Notes under the pieces: generated by a model | Databases searched by the model: none | The model's input: only the letters and a program-made list of their open reading frames with translations | What the model was told of the DNA's origin: nothing | Shown: positions 49,995 through 61,011 of the stretch, piece after piece | How positions within the stretch are numbered: the first letter of the stretch is position 1 | Layout: each line of letters begins with the position of its first letter | Assembly (NCBI GenBank): GCA_003278175.1 | Contig: QCGF01000001.1 | Coordinates: forward strand, 16,307 to 80,306 | DNA length: 64,000 nucleotides | Reading direction: 5' to 3' | Source of the DNA: Prochlorococcus sp. AG-363-P15 | GTDB lineage: Bacteria > Cyanobacteriota > Cyanobacteriia > PCC-6307 > Cyanobiaceae | Translations under genes and position numbers: made by a program

Positions 49995-50945
49995 ATGAAA
50001 ATTCTAGTGACGGGCGGTTGTGGTTATAAAGGTTCAATATTAGTTCCTTTACTCTTGGATGACGGACATGAAATAATATCTGTAGATACACAGTGGTTTG
50101 GTAATCAATTAAAGGAGCATAAAAATCTAACAAATTTAAAACTAGATATTAGAAATTCTGAAGATGTGCCAATAGAAGGAATTGATTCGATTATACATTT
50201 AGCAAATATTGCAAATGATCCAGCGGTGGAATTAAACCCTACACTGAGTTGGGAAGTGAATGTTCTTGCAGGGCAGCAACTTTTGGACAGGGCAGTACGA
50301 GCAAGAGTAAAGCAGTTTCTTTATGCAAGTTCTGGAAGTGTATATGGCGTTAAAGAAGAGGCTCGAGTAACCGAGGACCTCAGATTAGTACCAATATCGG
50401 TATATAACAAAACAAAAATGATCGCAGAAAGGGTATTCTTATCTTATGAAAATAAGATGAAAATTCATTGCATTAGGCCAGCTACTGTTTGTGGAGTCTC
50501 ACCAAGAATGAGACTAGATGTTAGTGTCAATATGTTGACTTATCAAGCTTTGAAAAATAAAAAAATAACCGTTTTTGGAGGCAATCAGACAAGGCCTAAT
50601 ATTCATATAAAGGATATTGCTAATGTCTATAGGCACTTTTTGAATAGGTCTGAGCTTTCATCTGGTTGTTACAATGCAGGATTTGAAAATATATCAATAT
50701 TAGAAATAGCAGAGAAAGTTCAGCGAAAAGTAGATTGTGAAATAGTAGTAATGAAATCTAATGATCCCAGATCTTATAGACAAGATTCGACTAAATTGTT
50801 AAATACTGGGTTTAAAAATGAATATTCAATTGACAATGCAATGGATGAAATTATTGAACAATATAATTCTGGTTATTTGATTGAAACTGATTCATGCTAT
50901 ACAGTTAGATGGATGAAGCATTTAAACCTTTCTTGTGAGACTTGA
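49995..50945 (+). CDS. NAD-dependent epimerase/dehydratase
   Basis: TGGCGYKG, SSGSVYG and YNKTK. Confidence 0.88.
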   Translation: MKILVTGGCGYKGSILVPLLLDDGHEIISVDTQWFGNQLKEHKNLTNLKLDIRNSEDVPIEGIDSIIHLANIANDPAVELNPTLSWEVNVLAGQQLLDRAVRARVKQFLYASSGSVYGVKEEARVTEDLRLVPISVYNKTKMIAERVFLSYENKMKIHCIRPATVCGVSPRMRLDVSVNMLTYQALKNKKITVFGGNQTRPNIHIKDIANVYRHFLNRSELSSGCYNAGFENISILEIAEKVQRKVDCEIVVMKSNDPRSYRQDSTKLLNTGFKNEYSIDNAMDEIIEQYNSGYLIETDSCYTVRWMKHLNLSCET

Positions 50946-50952
50946 TTAACTT

Positions 50953-51798
50953 ATGACTTTAAGTAAGTTTGATGAAATGACTATAGATGAGTTAACTGAA
51001 TTGGCATGTTCTATTAGAAAGCGAGTACTTAGGACATCATCAAGTGCAAAGATACCTCATCTTGGATCATGTCTTTCTTGTGTTGAAATTTTGATCTATC
51101 TTTATTGGAAAGAAATGTTATTGGATATTCAAAATCCTAATAATCCTGAAAGGGATAGATTTTTATTGAGCAAAGGACATGCTGCACCTGTGCTTTTTCA
51201 GATTCTCGCAGAAAGAGGTTTTTATAGTCTAGATAGATTAAATTTGTTCGGCAAAGATGGTAGTGTGTTTCATGAACATCCTCCACAGCCTGGCTATATC
51301 CCAGGAATTGAAGCGGCTACTGGTTCATTAGGTCACGGATTTTCGATGGCACTTGGTATGGCTTTAGCTGCGAAAATTAAAAGACAAGATTATAAAGTTT
51401 ATGCGCTTTTAAGTGATGGTGAATGTAATGAGGGAGTCATTTGGGAATGTGCAATGTTGGCTGCATCTAATCAAGCTTTTAACTTAACTGCAATTATTGA
51501 CTACAACAAATGGCAGGCAACAGGTCGATCAAATTCGATTATGGCTTTAGAATCATTATTAGATAAATGGATTTCATTTGGTTGGGACGCAATCGAGATA
51601 GATGGACATGACATATATCAAATAGAAAAATCTTTTGAGTCTGCAAACTCTAATCAAGATAGACCTACTGTAATTGTTGCTAATACAGTTAAGGGTAAGG
51701 GAGTTTCATTTATGGAAGATGATAATAATTGGCACTATCGCACACCAGATAATAATGAACTCAGAGCTGCTCTAATTGAATTGGAGGAGAATATTTGA
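50953..51798 (+). CDS. Transketolase, N-terminal (ThDP-binding) subunit
   Basis: DRFLLSKGH, TGSLGHG, SDGExxEG..N and TVKGKG..WH. Confidence 0.92.
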   Translation: MTLSKFDEMTIDELTELACSIRKRVLRTSSSAKIPHLGSCLSCVEILIYLYWKEMLLDIQNPNNPERDRFLLSKGHAAPVLFQILAERGFYSLDRLNLFGKDGSVFHEHPPQPGYIPGIEAATGSLGHGFSMALGMALAAKIKRQDYKVYALLSDGECNEGVIWECAMLAASNQAFNLTAIIDYNKWQATGRSNSIMALESLLDKWISFGWDAIEIDGHDIYQIEKSFESANSNQDRPTVIVANTVKGKGVSFMEDDNNWHYRTPDNNELRAALIELEENI

Positions 51799-51799
51799 C

Positions 51800-52729
51800 A
51801 TGAGAAATGCATTTGCAAAAGAAATTAGAGAACAAGCTATAAAAAGAAACGATATCGTTCTTTTGTCTGGAGATATTGGCAATAGAATGTTCGATTCCTA
51901 TAAAGAAATAGCACCTGAGAGGTTTATTAATTGTGGAATTGCAGAAGCTAATATGATGAGCTTAGCTTCTGGAATGGCTTTATCTGGATTGCGCCCAGTT
52001 GTTTACACTATTACCCCTTTTACTACAACTAGATGCCTTGAACAAATTAAAATAGGTGCTGCATACCACAATGCTTCTATATTAATTATAGGAACAGGCT
52101 CTGGTCTTTCCTATTCAGAACTAGGGCCTACTCATCATTCATTTGAAGATATAGCAATTTTGCGAAGTATTCCTAATTTACGAATTCTTGCTCCTTCTGA
52201 CAGTAATGAGTTGATTCATCAGATGAGAGAAGCCCTTGTCTTGGATGGTCCTACATATATAAGAATAGGCAAGAAGGGAGAGCCTAATATTTTCAAGGAA
52301 TCTGATTCATTGGGGATAGGCAAAGCAAATTTGATTTGCGAAGGAAGTGATTTTCTTTTGATTGGAACTGGACCTATTATTAATGAGGCAATCATAGCTT
52401 CTAATATTTTGAAGTCTGAAGATATAGAATTAGCAGTGTTAAATTTAGGTAGTGTCTCTCCTTTGGATGAAGAATCCTTGCGACGAGAGATTAAAAAAAA
52501 CTATAAGGCATGGATAGTTTTAGAAGAGCATAGTATTATTGGTGGCTTAGGAAGTTCCATCTTAGATTGGTTGAATGATATTAATGTAAACAATGCTCCT
52601 AGAATTTATAAGTTGGGAATACCCAATACTTTTATACATAATTTAGGAAAACAAGCATATATCAGAAAAGAATTAGGGATTGATGTAAATGGTATTTGCA
52701 AATTAGTTAAAAAAATAATTTCAGATTAA
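51800..52729 (+). CDS. Transketolase, C-terminal subunit
   Basis: GIAEANM, GPTHH and EEHSxxGGLGS. ATG at 51800 follows GGAGGAG. Confidence 0.92.
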   Translation: MRNAFAKEIREQAIKRNDIVLLSGDIGNRMFDSYKEIAPERFINCGIAEANMMSLASGMALSGLRPVVYTITPFTTTRCLEQIKIGAAYHNASILIIGTGSGLSYSELGPTHHSFEDIAILRSIPNLRILAPSDSNELIHQMREALVLDGPTYIRIGKKGEPNIFKESDSLGIGKANLICEGSDFLLIGTGPIINEAIIASNILKSEDIELAVLNLGSVSPLDEESLRREIKKNYKAWIVLEEHSIIGGLGSSILDWLNDINVNNAPRIYKLGIPNTFIHNLGKQAYIRKELGIDVNGICKLVKKIISD

Positions 52730-52740
52730 ACTGATTATGT

Positions 52741-53778
52741 ATGAAGATAAGCTTTCAATCTATTTTTAACCCTTCAATGAATAGTTCATATAACAAGATT
52801 CTTCTCGATGAATTTGCAAAATATGATATCAATATTACCTCGATTAGAGAAGTTAAACGTGGTAGAAATAGCAAGGTTTTCCGCTTAGAAAGCCTGCAGA
52901 AAATATATATCTGTAAGCAGTATCCGAACAGGGTTGACAGTGGAAGGTCTCGTTTGGAAAGTGAATTTTCTGTTTTGAAATTTTTAAATAAAGAAGGGAT
53001 TGAGAATATACCTAAGCCTTTATTTTGTAATAAAGCATATAATTTGGCAGCCTATAGTTTCCTAGAAGGCACTGTAATTAAAAAAGTAAATACAGATGTT
53101 ATTAATGGAGCAATAAAATTCTATCAAAAGTTAAATAAGTTTTCCTATATTGATTATCAATCTAATATCCCTAATGCTGCAGAGGCATGCTTTAGTATGA
53201 GTGAACATTTTGATTTAGTCAAATCACGTATAAATCGATTTCTTGTAAACTCTACTTCTTCAGGATTGCAGAAGAAAGCGTTTAAATTGGTTGAAAATAA
53301 GTTACTAGAAAATTTCTATCTGATTAGGGAACAAGCCTATTTGGAATTGGGAGATAATCTTTTCCAACAAAAGTTGCCAGATCATTGCAAGCATATTTCA
53401 CAATCTGATGTTGGCATTCACAATATGTTTCTTAGTAATCAAAGTTTTTTATTTTACGATTTTGAATATGCTGGCTGGGATGACCCTGGAAAGTTTATTG
53501 TAGATTTGATATTGCAGCCAGATAATTTGCTAGATTTTGAGCTTTCAAAACAAGTAATATTTAATGTAGAGAACTATGCTTATGATGCCTCGCGTAGGAA
53601 AAAATTAAGATTGATGCTTAATTTATATCGGATTAAGTGGGCCATCATTATATTAAACCCATATTTAAGACAAGAGATTTCTGAAATTGAATTAAGTAAT
53701 TGTTTGAAAAAGTCTGATAAATACTTCTCTATGTCAGCTCATCTTGTTGCCGAATTATCCGAATTATTAGCTACATAA
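52741..53778 (+). CDS. Aminoglycoside-phosphotransferase/choline-kinase-fold protein
   Basis: GRNSKVF, Brenner-like 'SDVGIHN' and 'DFEYAGWDDP'. Confidence 0.78.
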   Translation: MKISFQSIFNPSMNSSYNKILLDEFAKYDINITSIREVKRGRNSKVFRLESLQKIYICKQYPNRVDSGRSRLESEFSVLKFLNKEGIENIPKPLFCNKAYNLAAYSFLEGTVIKKVNTDVINGAIKFYQKLNKFSYIDYQSNIPNAAEACFSMSEHFDLVKSRINRFLVNSTSSGLQKKAFKLVENKLLENFYLIREQAYLELGDNLFQQKLPDHCKHISQSDVGIHNMFLSNQSFLFYDFEYAGWDDPGKFIVDLILQPDNLLDFELSKQVIFNVENYAYDASRRKKLRLMLNLYRIKWAIIILNPYLRQEISEIELSNCLKKSDKYFSMSAHLVAELSELLAT

Positions 53779-53816
53779 TAAATTTAAACTATAAGAATTA
53801 AACTAAGTTTATATCT

Positions 53817-54674
53817 CTATGATTTGGCAAATAAGGATATAATCTTGCTGATTTCTAAAACCTCATCATTTATTGGGCTTATTAAACTTCTTTGTTTCTT
53901 GAGATTTAGATTGGCTTGACTGGGAATATATATAGGCTTATTTTTTAATTTCAAACATTCTGATCCTTTTACTAGTTTAGGCGAGAAGTTCCATATACTT
54001 GCTAGTTCTAATCCTAATTGGAAATAACTTAAATCGCTTGAACTGGAAATGTGATAGGCTCCACTTTCTGGATTGATTATCCACGAATCAATCCAGCTCG
54101 CCAATAACTTCGGTGTAATAGGTGCAAGTTTCAAATCTTTAAAAGAATTTATTGGTAGATTATTACTTAGTTGCTTATACCAGTCTAATATCAATTTAAA
54201 CCTTGGATCTATTAATTTAGTCATTCTGAGAATAGATCCATTCCTTAATGATAAAATATGATCTTCAACTTGTTTTTTTTGCATTCCATATACACATGAA
54301 GGTTGACGAGTAGAGTCTTCATATAAATCTTGTGACTCTACAGAAAATACAGTTGATGAAGACATAAAAAGGTATTTGATATCTAGCTTCTCCAACATAT
54401 TGATTAGATTACATGTCCCTATTACATTAGCTCGATACGTATCGGAGTTGTTATTTTCACACTTTTCTATAGAAGTTATACCAGCATTGATAATGACTTT
54501 CTTTATTCCATGTGGCAGATTAAGTGTTTTTGAGTTTAAATGATTTAGGTCTAAATAGTTTTGACACCCTTGCTGTCTGCTGCTCCCAATAAATGTATAC
54601 TTGTCTTTTAAATAGCATTGAATGATTTGGCTAACTTTACTATCTTTTCCTATTAAATAGATTGTTTCTTTCAT
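53817..54674 (-). CDS. RmlD-like NDP-4-keto-sugar reductase
   Basis: NAGITS..CE, SSSTVF and YGxQK. Confidence 0.8.
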   Translation of the reverse strand: MKETIYLIGKDSKVSQIIQCYLKDKYTFIGSSRQQGCQNYLDLNHLNSKTLNLPHGIKKVIINAGITSIEKCENNNSDTYRANVIGTCNLINMLEKLDIKYLFMSSSTVFSVESQDLYEDSTRQPSCVYGMQKKQVEDHILSLRNGSILRMTKLIDPRFKLILDWYKQLSNNLPINSFKDLKLAPITPKLLASWIDSWIINPESGAYHISSSSDLSYFQLGLELASIWNFSPKLVKGSECLKLKNKPIYIPSQANLNLKKQRSLISPINDEVLEISKIISLFAKS

Positions 54675-55714
54675 TGCTTATTTTCGCTTGCTTTTTCTTT
54701 GAAAATAGTTTCTGCTAATTTCACTTGCCTAGTTGCATCTTTAATATTTTTTAGAGAGTGCTCTGGGTTTTTAACTAATGCTTTAAAAGCATTAGTTTGA
54801 TTATAGAATGACCATGACCAATGAGGTAATATTTCTTCTTTAATCATATGATCTAATCCTGATGAGATTGATATCTTCGCTGGCACATTCCTCAGGAAAG
54901 CGGGCGGGTATCTGATGCTGTATGCTTCACTATTAGTATAAATATTAACTCCTTCTTGCCATTCCTTTTGTTGCCCTCGAATTGTTCTAATGCATAGTGG
55001 GATTCCTTTAAGTCTGCCTGTAATAAAACCTTCTCCAAATTGATTAATATTCGAATTATTATATTGAATCTCATTATCAAAAATAAATTCAGTAGTATGA
55101 GTGATATGTGAGAAAACATTAATAAATTGCTCATAAGACCATGCCATTTCTGTATTTAACCAGTGCGGTAAAGTTTCTTCTTTTATATATATTTCTTCTA
55201 ATATTTCATCTTTCATATCTCCTAGTGGATTGCAGTATGAATCTCCCATATGGCAAAAAGATTCAATACATTTGATATCTGATAATTCTAACTTGTTTAT
55301 TTTCTTTTTAAACTCAATAGTTCCTTCATCATGAATCTTCATATATCCAATTTGTACTCCTACCTTTTTCTCTTTAGAGAGATGATAAAGAAATTCGCCA
55401 TTTTGACTATTTAAACATAAGGGTTTTTCAGTAAATACATGCTTACCATGACCCACTATCTCTTTGACTACACCTATAGTTAACTTTCTTGGCAGAGTAA
55501 CAATGTAAGCATCGATATCCGTACATTTGAGTAATTCATGATGGTCTTTCTTTAAATAAATTGCACCATATTTTTTTCCTAAAAACTCTCTAAGATTGGG
55601 ATGTGGATCTGCAATACCAATTATTTGAAAGCTCTTATTAGCACTAAAGCATGGCAAATGACATTGTTGAGCTACAAAACCGCAACCTACAAATCCTAGT
55701 TTAATTACAGACAT
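54671..55714 (-). CDS. Gfo/Idh/MocA-family oxidoreductase
   Basis: GFVGCGFVA and HVFTEKP. Confidence 0.88.
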   Translation of the reverse strand: MSVIKLGFVGCGFVAQQCHLPCFSANKSFQIIGIADPHPNLREFLGKKYGAIYLKKDHHELLKCTDIDAYIVTLPRKLTIGVVKEIVGHGKHVFTEKPLCLNSQNGEFLYHLSKEKKVGVQIGYMKIHDEGTIEFKKKINKLELSDIKCIESFCHMGDSYCNPLGDMKDEILEEIYIKEETLPHWLNTEMAWSYEQFINVFSHITHTTEFIFDNEIQYNNSNINQFGEGFITGRLKGIPLCIRTIRGQQKEWQEGVNIYTNSEAYSIRYPPAFLRNVPAKISISSGLDHMIKEEILPHWSWSFYNQTNAFKALVKNPEHSLKNIKDATRQVKLAETIFKEKASENKQ

Positions 55715-55718
55715 TTTA

Positions 55719-56999
55719 CTAAATATACTCCTTATAATTATTTATATCAATGATTGAAAATTCTGGCCAAAGAAGTATAAAAATTCCACCATCTTCTAAA
55801 TAATCTATATGTTTTTTTATAATAGCTTTATAATGTATGTAAGCAAGGATAACAGTTATATTTGTAGAGTTTGTACTTAGTTTTGATGTGCTTTCTACCT
55901 TTAATGATTGATAAGGAGAATATTTATCTATTTTTGAAGGATGATCATCATATAAGTGTGAAATATAGTTATCAAGACCATATTGAATTGCAAGAGTAGG
56001 ACCTGATCTTGCTGCTCCATAGGCTCCTAATGACTTATATTCGATTTCAAAATTCTTGAGAAATTCCTGAACTGAATTCCGAGTTGATAATATATTTTGA
56101 TAAAAAACCTTAGCCCAATTAGAATTTGTTAGTTCAAGCTCTTCTTCATATCTTTTTAGTGCTTCTAACTTCTCACTGAAAATCTCACTTGACTTTGGAC
56201 TCTGCTTACAGAAGAAAATTATACTTCCATTTTGAATGTTATTTCTTGAATAATCAAATATCTTAAGCCCGTATCTATTTAAAAAGCTTTCTGCTGCTGT
56301 ATACGAATAATGAATCATGTGCTCATGAAAGAATGTTCCTAAGATATTTTTATTTAGTATGTCAGCTAAGTATTGAACTTCAAACGCAAATATACCATTA
56401 CTGGCCAACGAATCTTTTACCTGATTTGCCATAGATTCCATGTTATCAGAGTGTGCAAATACATTAAAAGCCGTAATTAAATCGAACTTTTGTTTTCCTA
56501 GCTTTTTATTTATTTCTTTGCTACCAAACAAACCTATATGAGTATTAATTCCATTTTTTATTGCTGTATTTGCAACAGTATCTGCAGGGTCTACTCCTTG
56601 TACTTCCCAACCTTTATCTTTAAAGCATTTAAGAAGAGAACCATCATTACTTCCTATGTCTAATACGCTTCCAGTCTCAATTAGTTTATAGGTTTTAAAT
56701 ATATTTTCTGTAAAAGATTCAAAGTGCTCGACGATTTTTTTTGTTTGTCCAGAGTAATATGTATAATCCTTCCATAAGAATCGACTATCAATATTGTCAT
56801 TTGTTTGTACTGACATACAACTCATACATTGATATATACCTAGAGGAAATCTTGGTGCATCTTCGACTTTTGGTTCTTTTGTATAGTGTTCACCTATAGG
56901 TACTGGATCAAGTGGAAGTACGCATTGCATCAAACTTGATTGACATAGCCTGCAACTATTGTGCTTAGAATGGAATTTTTCTGTACCTCTGCCTGTCAT
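55719..56999 (-). CDS. NDP-sugar C-methyltransferase (TylCIII/NovU/TcaB9-like)
   Basis: N-terminal CxxC..CxxC Zn site, DIGSNDG, NVFAH, HEH, YGAA..G and DDxPxK. Confidence 0.88.
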   Translation of the reverse strand: MTGRGTEKFHSKHNSCRLCQSSLMQCVLPLDPVPIGEHYTKEPKVEDAPRFPLGIYQCMSCMSVQTNDNIDSRFLWKDYTYYSGQTKKIVEHFESFTENIFKTYKLIETGSVLDIGSNDGSLLKCFKDKGWEVQGVDPADTVANTAIKNGINTHIGLFGSKEINKKLGKQKFDLITAFNVFAHSDNMESMANQVKDSLASNGIFAFEVQYLADILNKNILGTFFHEHMIHYSYTAAESFLNRYGLKIFDYSRNNIQNGSIIFFCKQSPKSSEIFSEKLEALKRYEEELELTNSNWAKVFYQNILSTRNSVQEFLKNFEIEYKSLGAYGAARSGPTLAIQYGLDNYISHLYDDHPSKIDKYSPYQSLKVESTSKLSTNSTNITVILAYIHYKAIIKKHIDYLEDGGIFILLWPEFSIIDINNYKEYI

Positions 57000-57098
57000 G
57001 ATTTCTCACACTTATATTTTAATTCTACTTGAAACATATATAGTTAACCATAGAATTACAAATATTTAGAGTGTTTAATGTTATATTCTTGAAACATT

Positions 57099-57734
57099 CT
57101 ACATGGGTTGATTGAGTAATAGTAATTTCAGATCATTCCAATTACGAAAACATTTATATTCACTAATATTGCCATCATTCCCAAATTTAATCTTTGAAAC
57201 ATTATCATTGATTTGACATAGCACTTTTTCCAGATCATCTATAAAGTGAGTACAGCCAATACTGTGAATACGAGATACCTTATCTTCTATCGTTTTCTCA
57301 AAAAATACATCATCTTCTTTTATCCCAATGACTGAATTATCAAAGAAACCGTTATTTTTTAGCCATAGCATAGAAGCTTTATGCAAATCAATTTTTTCAC
57401 CGAAGATAGGATATTTTGTCTTATGACTCACAATCGATACTTTCGCACCTAAATCTAGTACATACTTTAGAGATTCAGCTAAAAATTTCTGCATAGGTAC
57501 TTTAGCTATTAATTTACCATAAACTATACCCTGTAGTTCAGTAAAGATATCTTCCCTTCCTTGATTAATCAACTCTCTTCTTACTGCAATTTTAGTTTTT
57601 TCAATGTTATTTTTAATATATTTTTTCTGTAAAGCATATTCATAGAATAATTCATCATATATGACTATTGTATTATCAAAATCTAAACCAAGATGTATCA
57701 GATTCATAGAGATATTTTCCATTGTATTGTTCAT
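57099..57734 (-). CDS. HAD-like hydrolase
   Basis: GLDFDNTI, IVSHKT and FIDD. Confidence 0.8.
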   Translation of the reverse strand: MNNTMENISMNLIHLGLDFDNTIVIYDELFYEYALQKKYIKNNIEKTKIAVRRELINQGREDIFTELQGIVYGKLIAKVPMQKFLAESLKYVLDLGAKVSIVSHKTKYPIFGEKIDLHKASMLWLKNNGFFDNSVIGIKEDDVFFEKTIEDKVSRIHSIGCTHFIDDLEKVLCQINDNVSKIKFGNDGNISEYKCFRNWNDLKLLLLNQPM

Positions 57735-57748
57735 GGTTGTAAACTCAA

Positions 57749-59023
57749 TTAAATTAATAAAGAACTATTTTTCCAAGGAGGATACAGTGAGGCTTTATTT
57801 TTTATGTATGAATAGTCTGCTACTTGACTATAACCATAGCTATTATAAATATTTCTTGGTATCGAATTTCCCCAGTCTCTATTCATAGCATAACTATCAG
57901 CACAAAATTCTACTGGATAATTTTTCATTCTATTAAGAAGCTCTAGGTGTAACTTAGTCATATCATTTTCTGTATTATTGATGAAATTTATCTTCAATTT
58001 ATCGACTTCCTTCTCATTCTTTAGATTTAGTAAAGTCTTTATATCGACTGGAGATCCATCTCGATAAAGTGCTTGTTTTGGAGCTATTATTGTTTTAGGA
58101 CCACTAAAATGTAGCGAATAAGGCAGAGCTAAATCATATGCAAGTATTGGTTTCAAAAATATCAATTGTGGAACACCACCACCAGTTTGTCCGGTTATTG
58201 CATAACGGCATTTATAATCTAAATAATATACAAATTTTTCTCTAAGATAATCATCACTTATATCTCTTAAGTCAAATAGACCTTGATGAACCAATTTAGC
58301 TGCACCATACAATAGACCATAAACTATTCCTCCATCTTCATAGATTCTATCCAAAATTGTCTTGATTGATTCAATACCGCTATATCTTGATGGATAATGC
58401 TTTTCACTTCTATAGCACCTTGGTTTCCACATAACTATATATCTCTGATCTGGGTTAGAATATTGTGCTAGCTCCTGTACTGAGTGATCTTCTTCCAGAT
58501 AATCTAGATTGAAGATATTCAACTCCTTTCTATATTTGTAATGTGCATCCATAAAAACTTTGTAGTTACTATTCCGAGATATTCCACAGTAAGTATTACG
58601 AGCGAGCCAATACTCTATATTTAAAAATGAATAATTATCAATAATATTAAATTGTTGCTTTAGTATTTCGTTTGTATATGGCACCAAAGCATCTTTTCTA
58701 CTTGCTAATAATGTTAGCTTTTTTTGATCACACTTATTTTTCTTTTTATTGATGAGAGCAATAGCGACTGGTTCAAAAAGATGATGACCTAAAGCAGAAA
58801 CCTTTACCTCAAAGAAATTAAAACCCTTTCGATTATAATAAATAGCAACTGGAATGAATAAATAGTCAATAGTCCTACTAATGAATTCTAATGCCTCTTT
58901 CGACTTAACGCCTGCTCTTTTCCAAGCTCTCAAAGATAAAGATGCTACCTTAGCCCTAATTTTTGACTGGTCATCTTTCCGATTTTTCAATTGACCTCCA
59001 CTTGCATCAAATATCTGAATCAA
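57749..59023 (-). CDS. Putative glycosyltransferase, weakly TIGR04372-like
   Basis: 'SALGHHLFEP', 'CxYAITGxTGG..FLKP' and 'NTENDM'; glycan-locus context. Confidence 0.5.
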   Translation of the reverse strand: MIQIFDASGGQLKNRKDDQSKIRAKVASLSLRAWKRAGVKSKEALEFISRTIDYLFIPVAIYYNRKGFNFFEVKVSALGHHLFEPVAIALINKKKNKCDQKKLTLLASRKDALVPYTNEILKQQFNIIDNYSFLNIEYWLARNTYCGISRNSNYKVFMDAHYKYRKELNIFNLDYLEEDHSVQELAQYSNPDQRYIVMWKPRCYRSEKHYPSRYSGIESIKTILDRIYEDGGIVYGLLYGAAKLVHQGLFDLRDISDDYLREKFVYYLDYKCRYAITGQTGGGVPQLIFLKPILAYDLALPYSLHFSGPKTIIAPKQALYRDGSPVDIKTLLNLKNEKEVDKLKINFINNTENDMTKLHLELLNRMKNYPVEFCADSYAMNRDWGNSIPRNIYNSYGYSQVADYSYIKNKASLYPPWKNSSLLI

Positions 59024-59081
59024 GCATAATTATTCAGAATTGATTATATAATATCATATACTTTCTTGCTGTAAAATAGAA

Positions 59082-59750
59082 ATGAGCATTTTGGGGCATG
59101 ATAGTATTCTATTTGTTACAGATAGTAGTTCCTCTTATGCTAAGATTCAAGATATTATAAGAGCTTTTGAGTTTACTTTTCGAGTCATTAAAAGCTCTGA
59201 AATAAAATTTGAAAATGAAAAATATGATATCCTCATTCTTGACAGATGCTCATCAATAATACCCTTAGAATTCTACACAAGATTTAAATTGGCAATCAAT
59301 ACGCACCCTTCTCTATTGCCTTTACATAGAGGTAACTACCCTATCTTCTGGGGTACATTATTGGGAGATCCACATGGAATAACCATACATAAAGTTGAAA
59401 AAGATGTTGATACAGGAGATAGAATTTATCAGGAAAAAATAGAATACAATGAAGACATGAATTTTGTTGATTTGTATGACATGTCTCGAGAAAGTATTAC
59501 TAGAGGGCTTGCTATAGTGCTACAAAAATATCAAACTAGAAACTTAAAATATTTTAAGACTAATGCCACTAATTGTCATCACCATTTGAATTCATATTCT
59601 AAAAAATTACTTAATCATTTGCCATTAGGATGGAATACTTCAATCAAGGAGGCTAGAAGGCTTCTACATTTAGAAATAATTGAATACAAGAAAGATATAG
59701 AATGGCAACAGAATCGAGAAAGATTGATAGAAGATATCATAGCAGTATGA
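59082..59750 (+). CDS. Formyltransferase (sugar N-formyltransferase-like)
   Basis: INTHPSLLPxxRG and GITIH..VDTGD. Confidence 0.85.
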   Translation: MSILGHDSILFVTDSSSSYAKIQDIIRAFEFTFRVIKSSEIKFENEKYDILILDRCSSIIPLEFYTRFKLAINTHPSLLPLHRGNYPIFWGTLLGDPHGITIHKVEKDVDTGDRIYQEKIEYNEDMNFVDLYDMSRESITRGLAIVLQKYQTRNLKYFKTNATNCHHHLNSYSKKLLNHLPLGWNTSIKEARRLLHLEIIEYKKDIEWQQNRERLIEDIIAV

Positions 59751-59836
59751 TAATATTCTTACATGGATACAATATCTCTTAGTGCCTTTTAATAGATATT
59801 AAATTCAAATCAGTTTGTTTATACTAACAACAACCT

Positions 59837-60934
59837 ATGAAAAATATTGTAAGATTTCTAAATTTAAGTGTACCAGTTAGAGAGCAAGAATTATATTTAA
59901 GTGCAATGAAAAGAGTCTTAGCTCATGGACAATTGGTCCTAGGTAAAGAGATTGAAGAGTTAGAGAATTCATTGTCTAAATATACTAATCGTAAATATTG
60001 CCTTGCTGTCTCATCTGGCTCTGATGCCCTATTTCTTGCACTGAGGGCACTCAATATTTCCAAAGGTGATGAAATAATTACTACTCCATTATCTTGGATA
60101 GCTACTGCAAATGCCATTAAAATGTGTCAAGCTCAGCCTATATTTGCCGACATTGATAATTCTTTAAATATCGATGTTAAATCAATTGAAAAACTGATTA
60201 CCATTAATACTAAGGCTATAGTTAGCGTAGATTTCACGGGAAGATTATGTGATTATGAATCATTAGAAATGATTTGCAAAAAATATTCCTTGTATTTAGT
60301 AGAAGATGGTTCTCAAGCTTTTGGTGCGAAAGATTGTAATAACAAACTATGTGGATCTTTTGGAGATGTATCTGCAATAAGTCATAATCCCATGAAGGTG
60401 TTTAGTGCTTTTGGAGAAGCCGGAACTATTTATACTGATAATGAAGAGATTTATGATCGCTTAAAGATCCTACGATATGCAGGCACGATAAATAAGGAAA
60501 CTTGTATCGTTGAATCTTTAAATCATAGGATGGATACTCTACAAGCTTCTATTCTTTTAGAAAGACTTAGAACATTAGAAAAGAATGTATTGCAACCTAG
60601 AGCTAAGAATGCAAAACATTATGATCACTCTATTACAGACAAAGTAATCAAACCAACTTTAAAAAGAAACGAAAGGCACGTTTATTATACTTATACATTA
60701 ATATGTAATCAAAGAGAAGAACTACAGAAATATTTAACTTCAAAAGGTATCGAAACTAAAGTACAACATCGTACTCTAATGCATTCTCAACCTCTATATA
60801 GCTCTCAATCGAATACATCAAAAAGATATGCAGATGAGCTTGTAAAAAAGATATTATGTATACCTGTCCATGAAAAATTATCTCTTAATGAGATTGATTA
60901 TGTTAGTCAATCAATTAATGAATTTTACAGTTGA
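59837..60934 (+). CDS. DegT/DnrJ/EryC1/StrS sugar aminotransferase
   Basis: SSGSDAL, EDxSQAFG and SHNPMK (PLP lysine). Confidence 0.92.
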   Translation: MKNIVRFLNLSVPVREQELYLSAMKRVLAHGQLVLGKEIEELENSLSKYTNRKYCLAVSSGSDALFLALRALNISKGDEIITTPLSWIATANAIKMCQAQPIFADIDNSLNIDVKSIEKLITINTKAIVSVDFTGRLCDYESLEMICKKYSLYLVEDGSQAFGAKDCNNKLCGSFGDVSAISHNPMKVFSAFGEAGTIYTDNEEIYDRLKILRYAGTINKETCIVESLNHRMDTLQASILLERLRTLEKNVLQPRAKNAKHYDHSITDKVIKPTLKRNERHVYYTYTLICNQREELQKYLTSKGIETKVQHRTLMHSQPLYSSQSNTSKRYADELVKKILCIPVHEKLSLNEIDYVSQSINEFYS

Positions 60935-61011
60935 GATTACTTTTGAGCTTTTTATCTAAATACAAGCTATGCATTATAATATTAAAAACAACATTTAATT
61001 CTTAACCTCTT

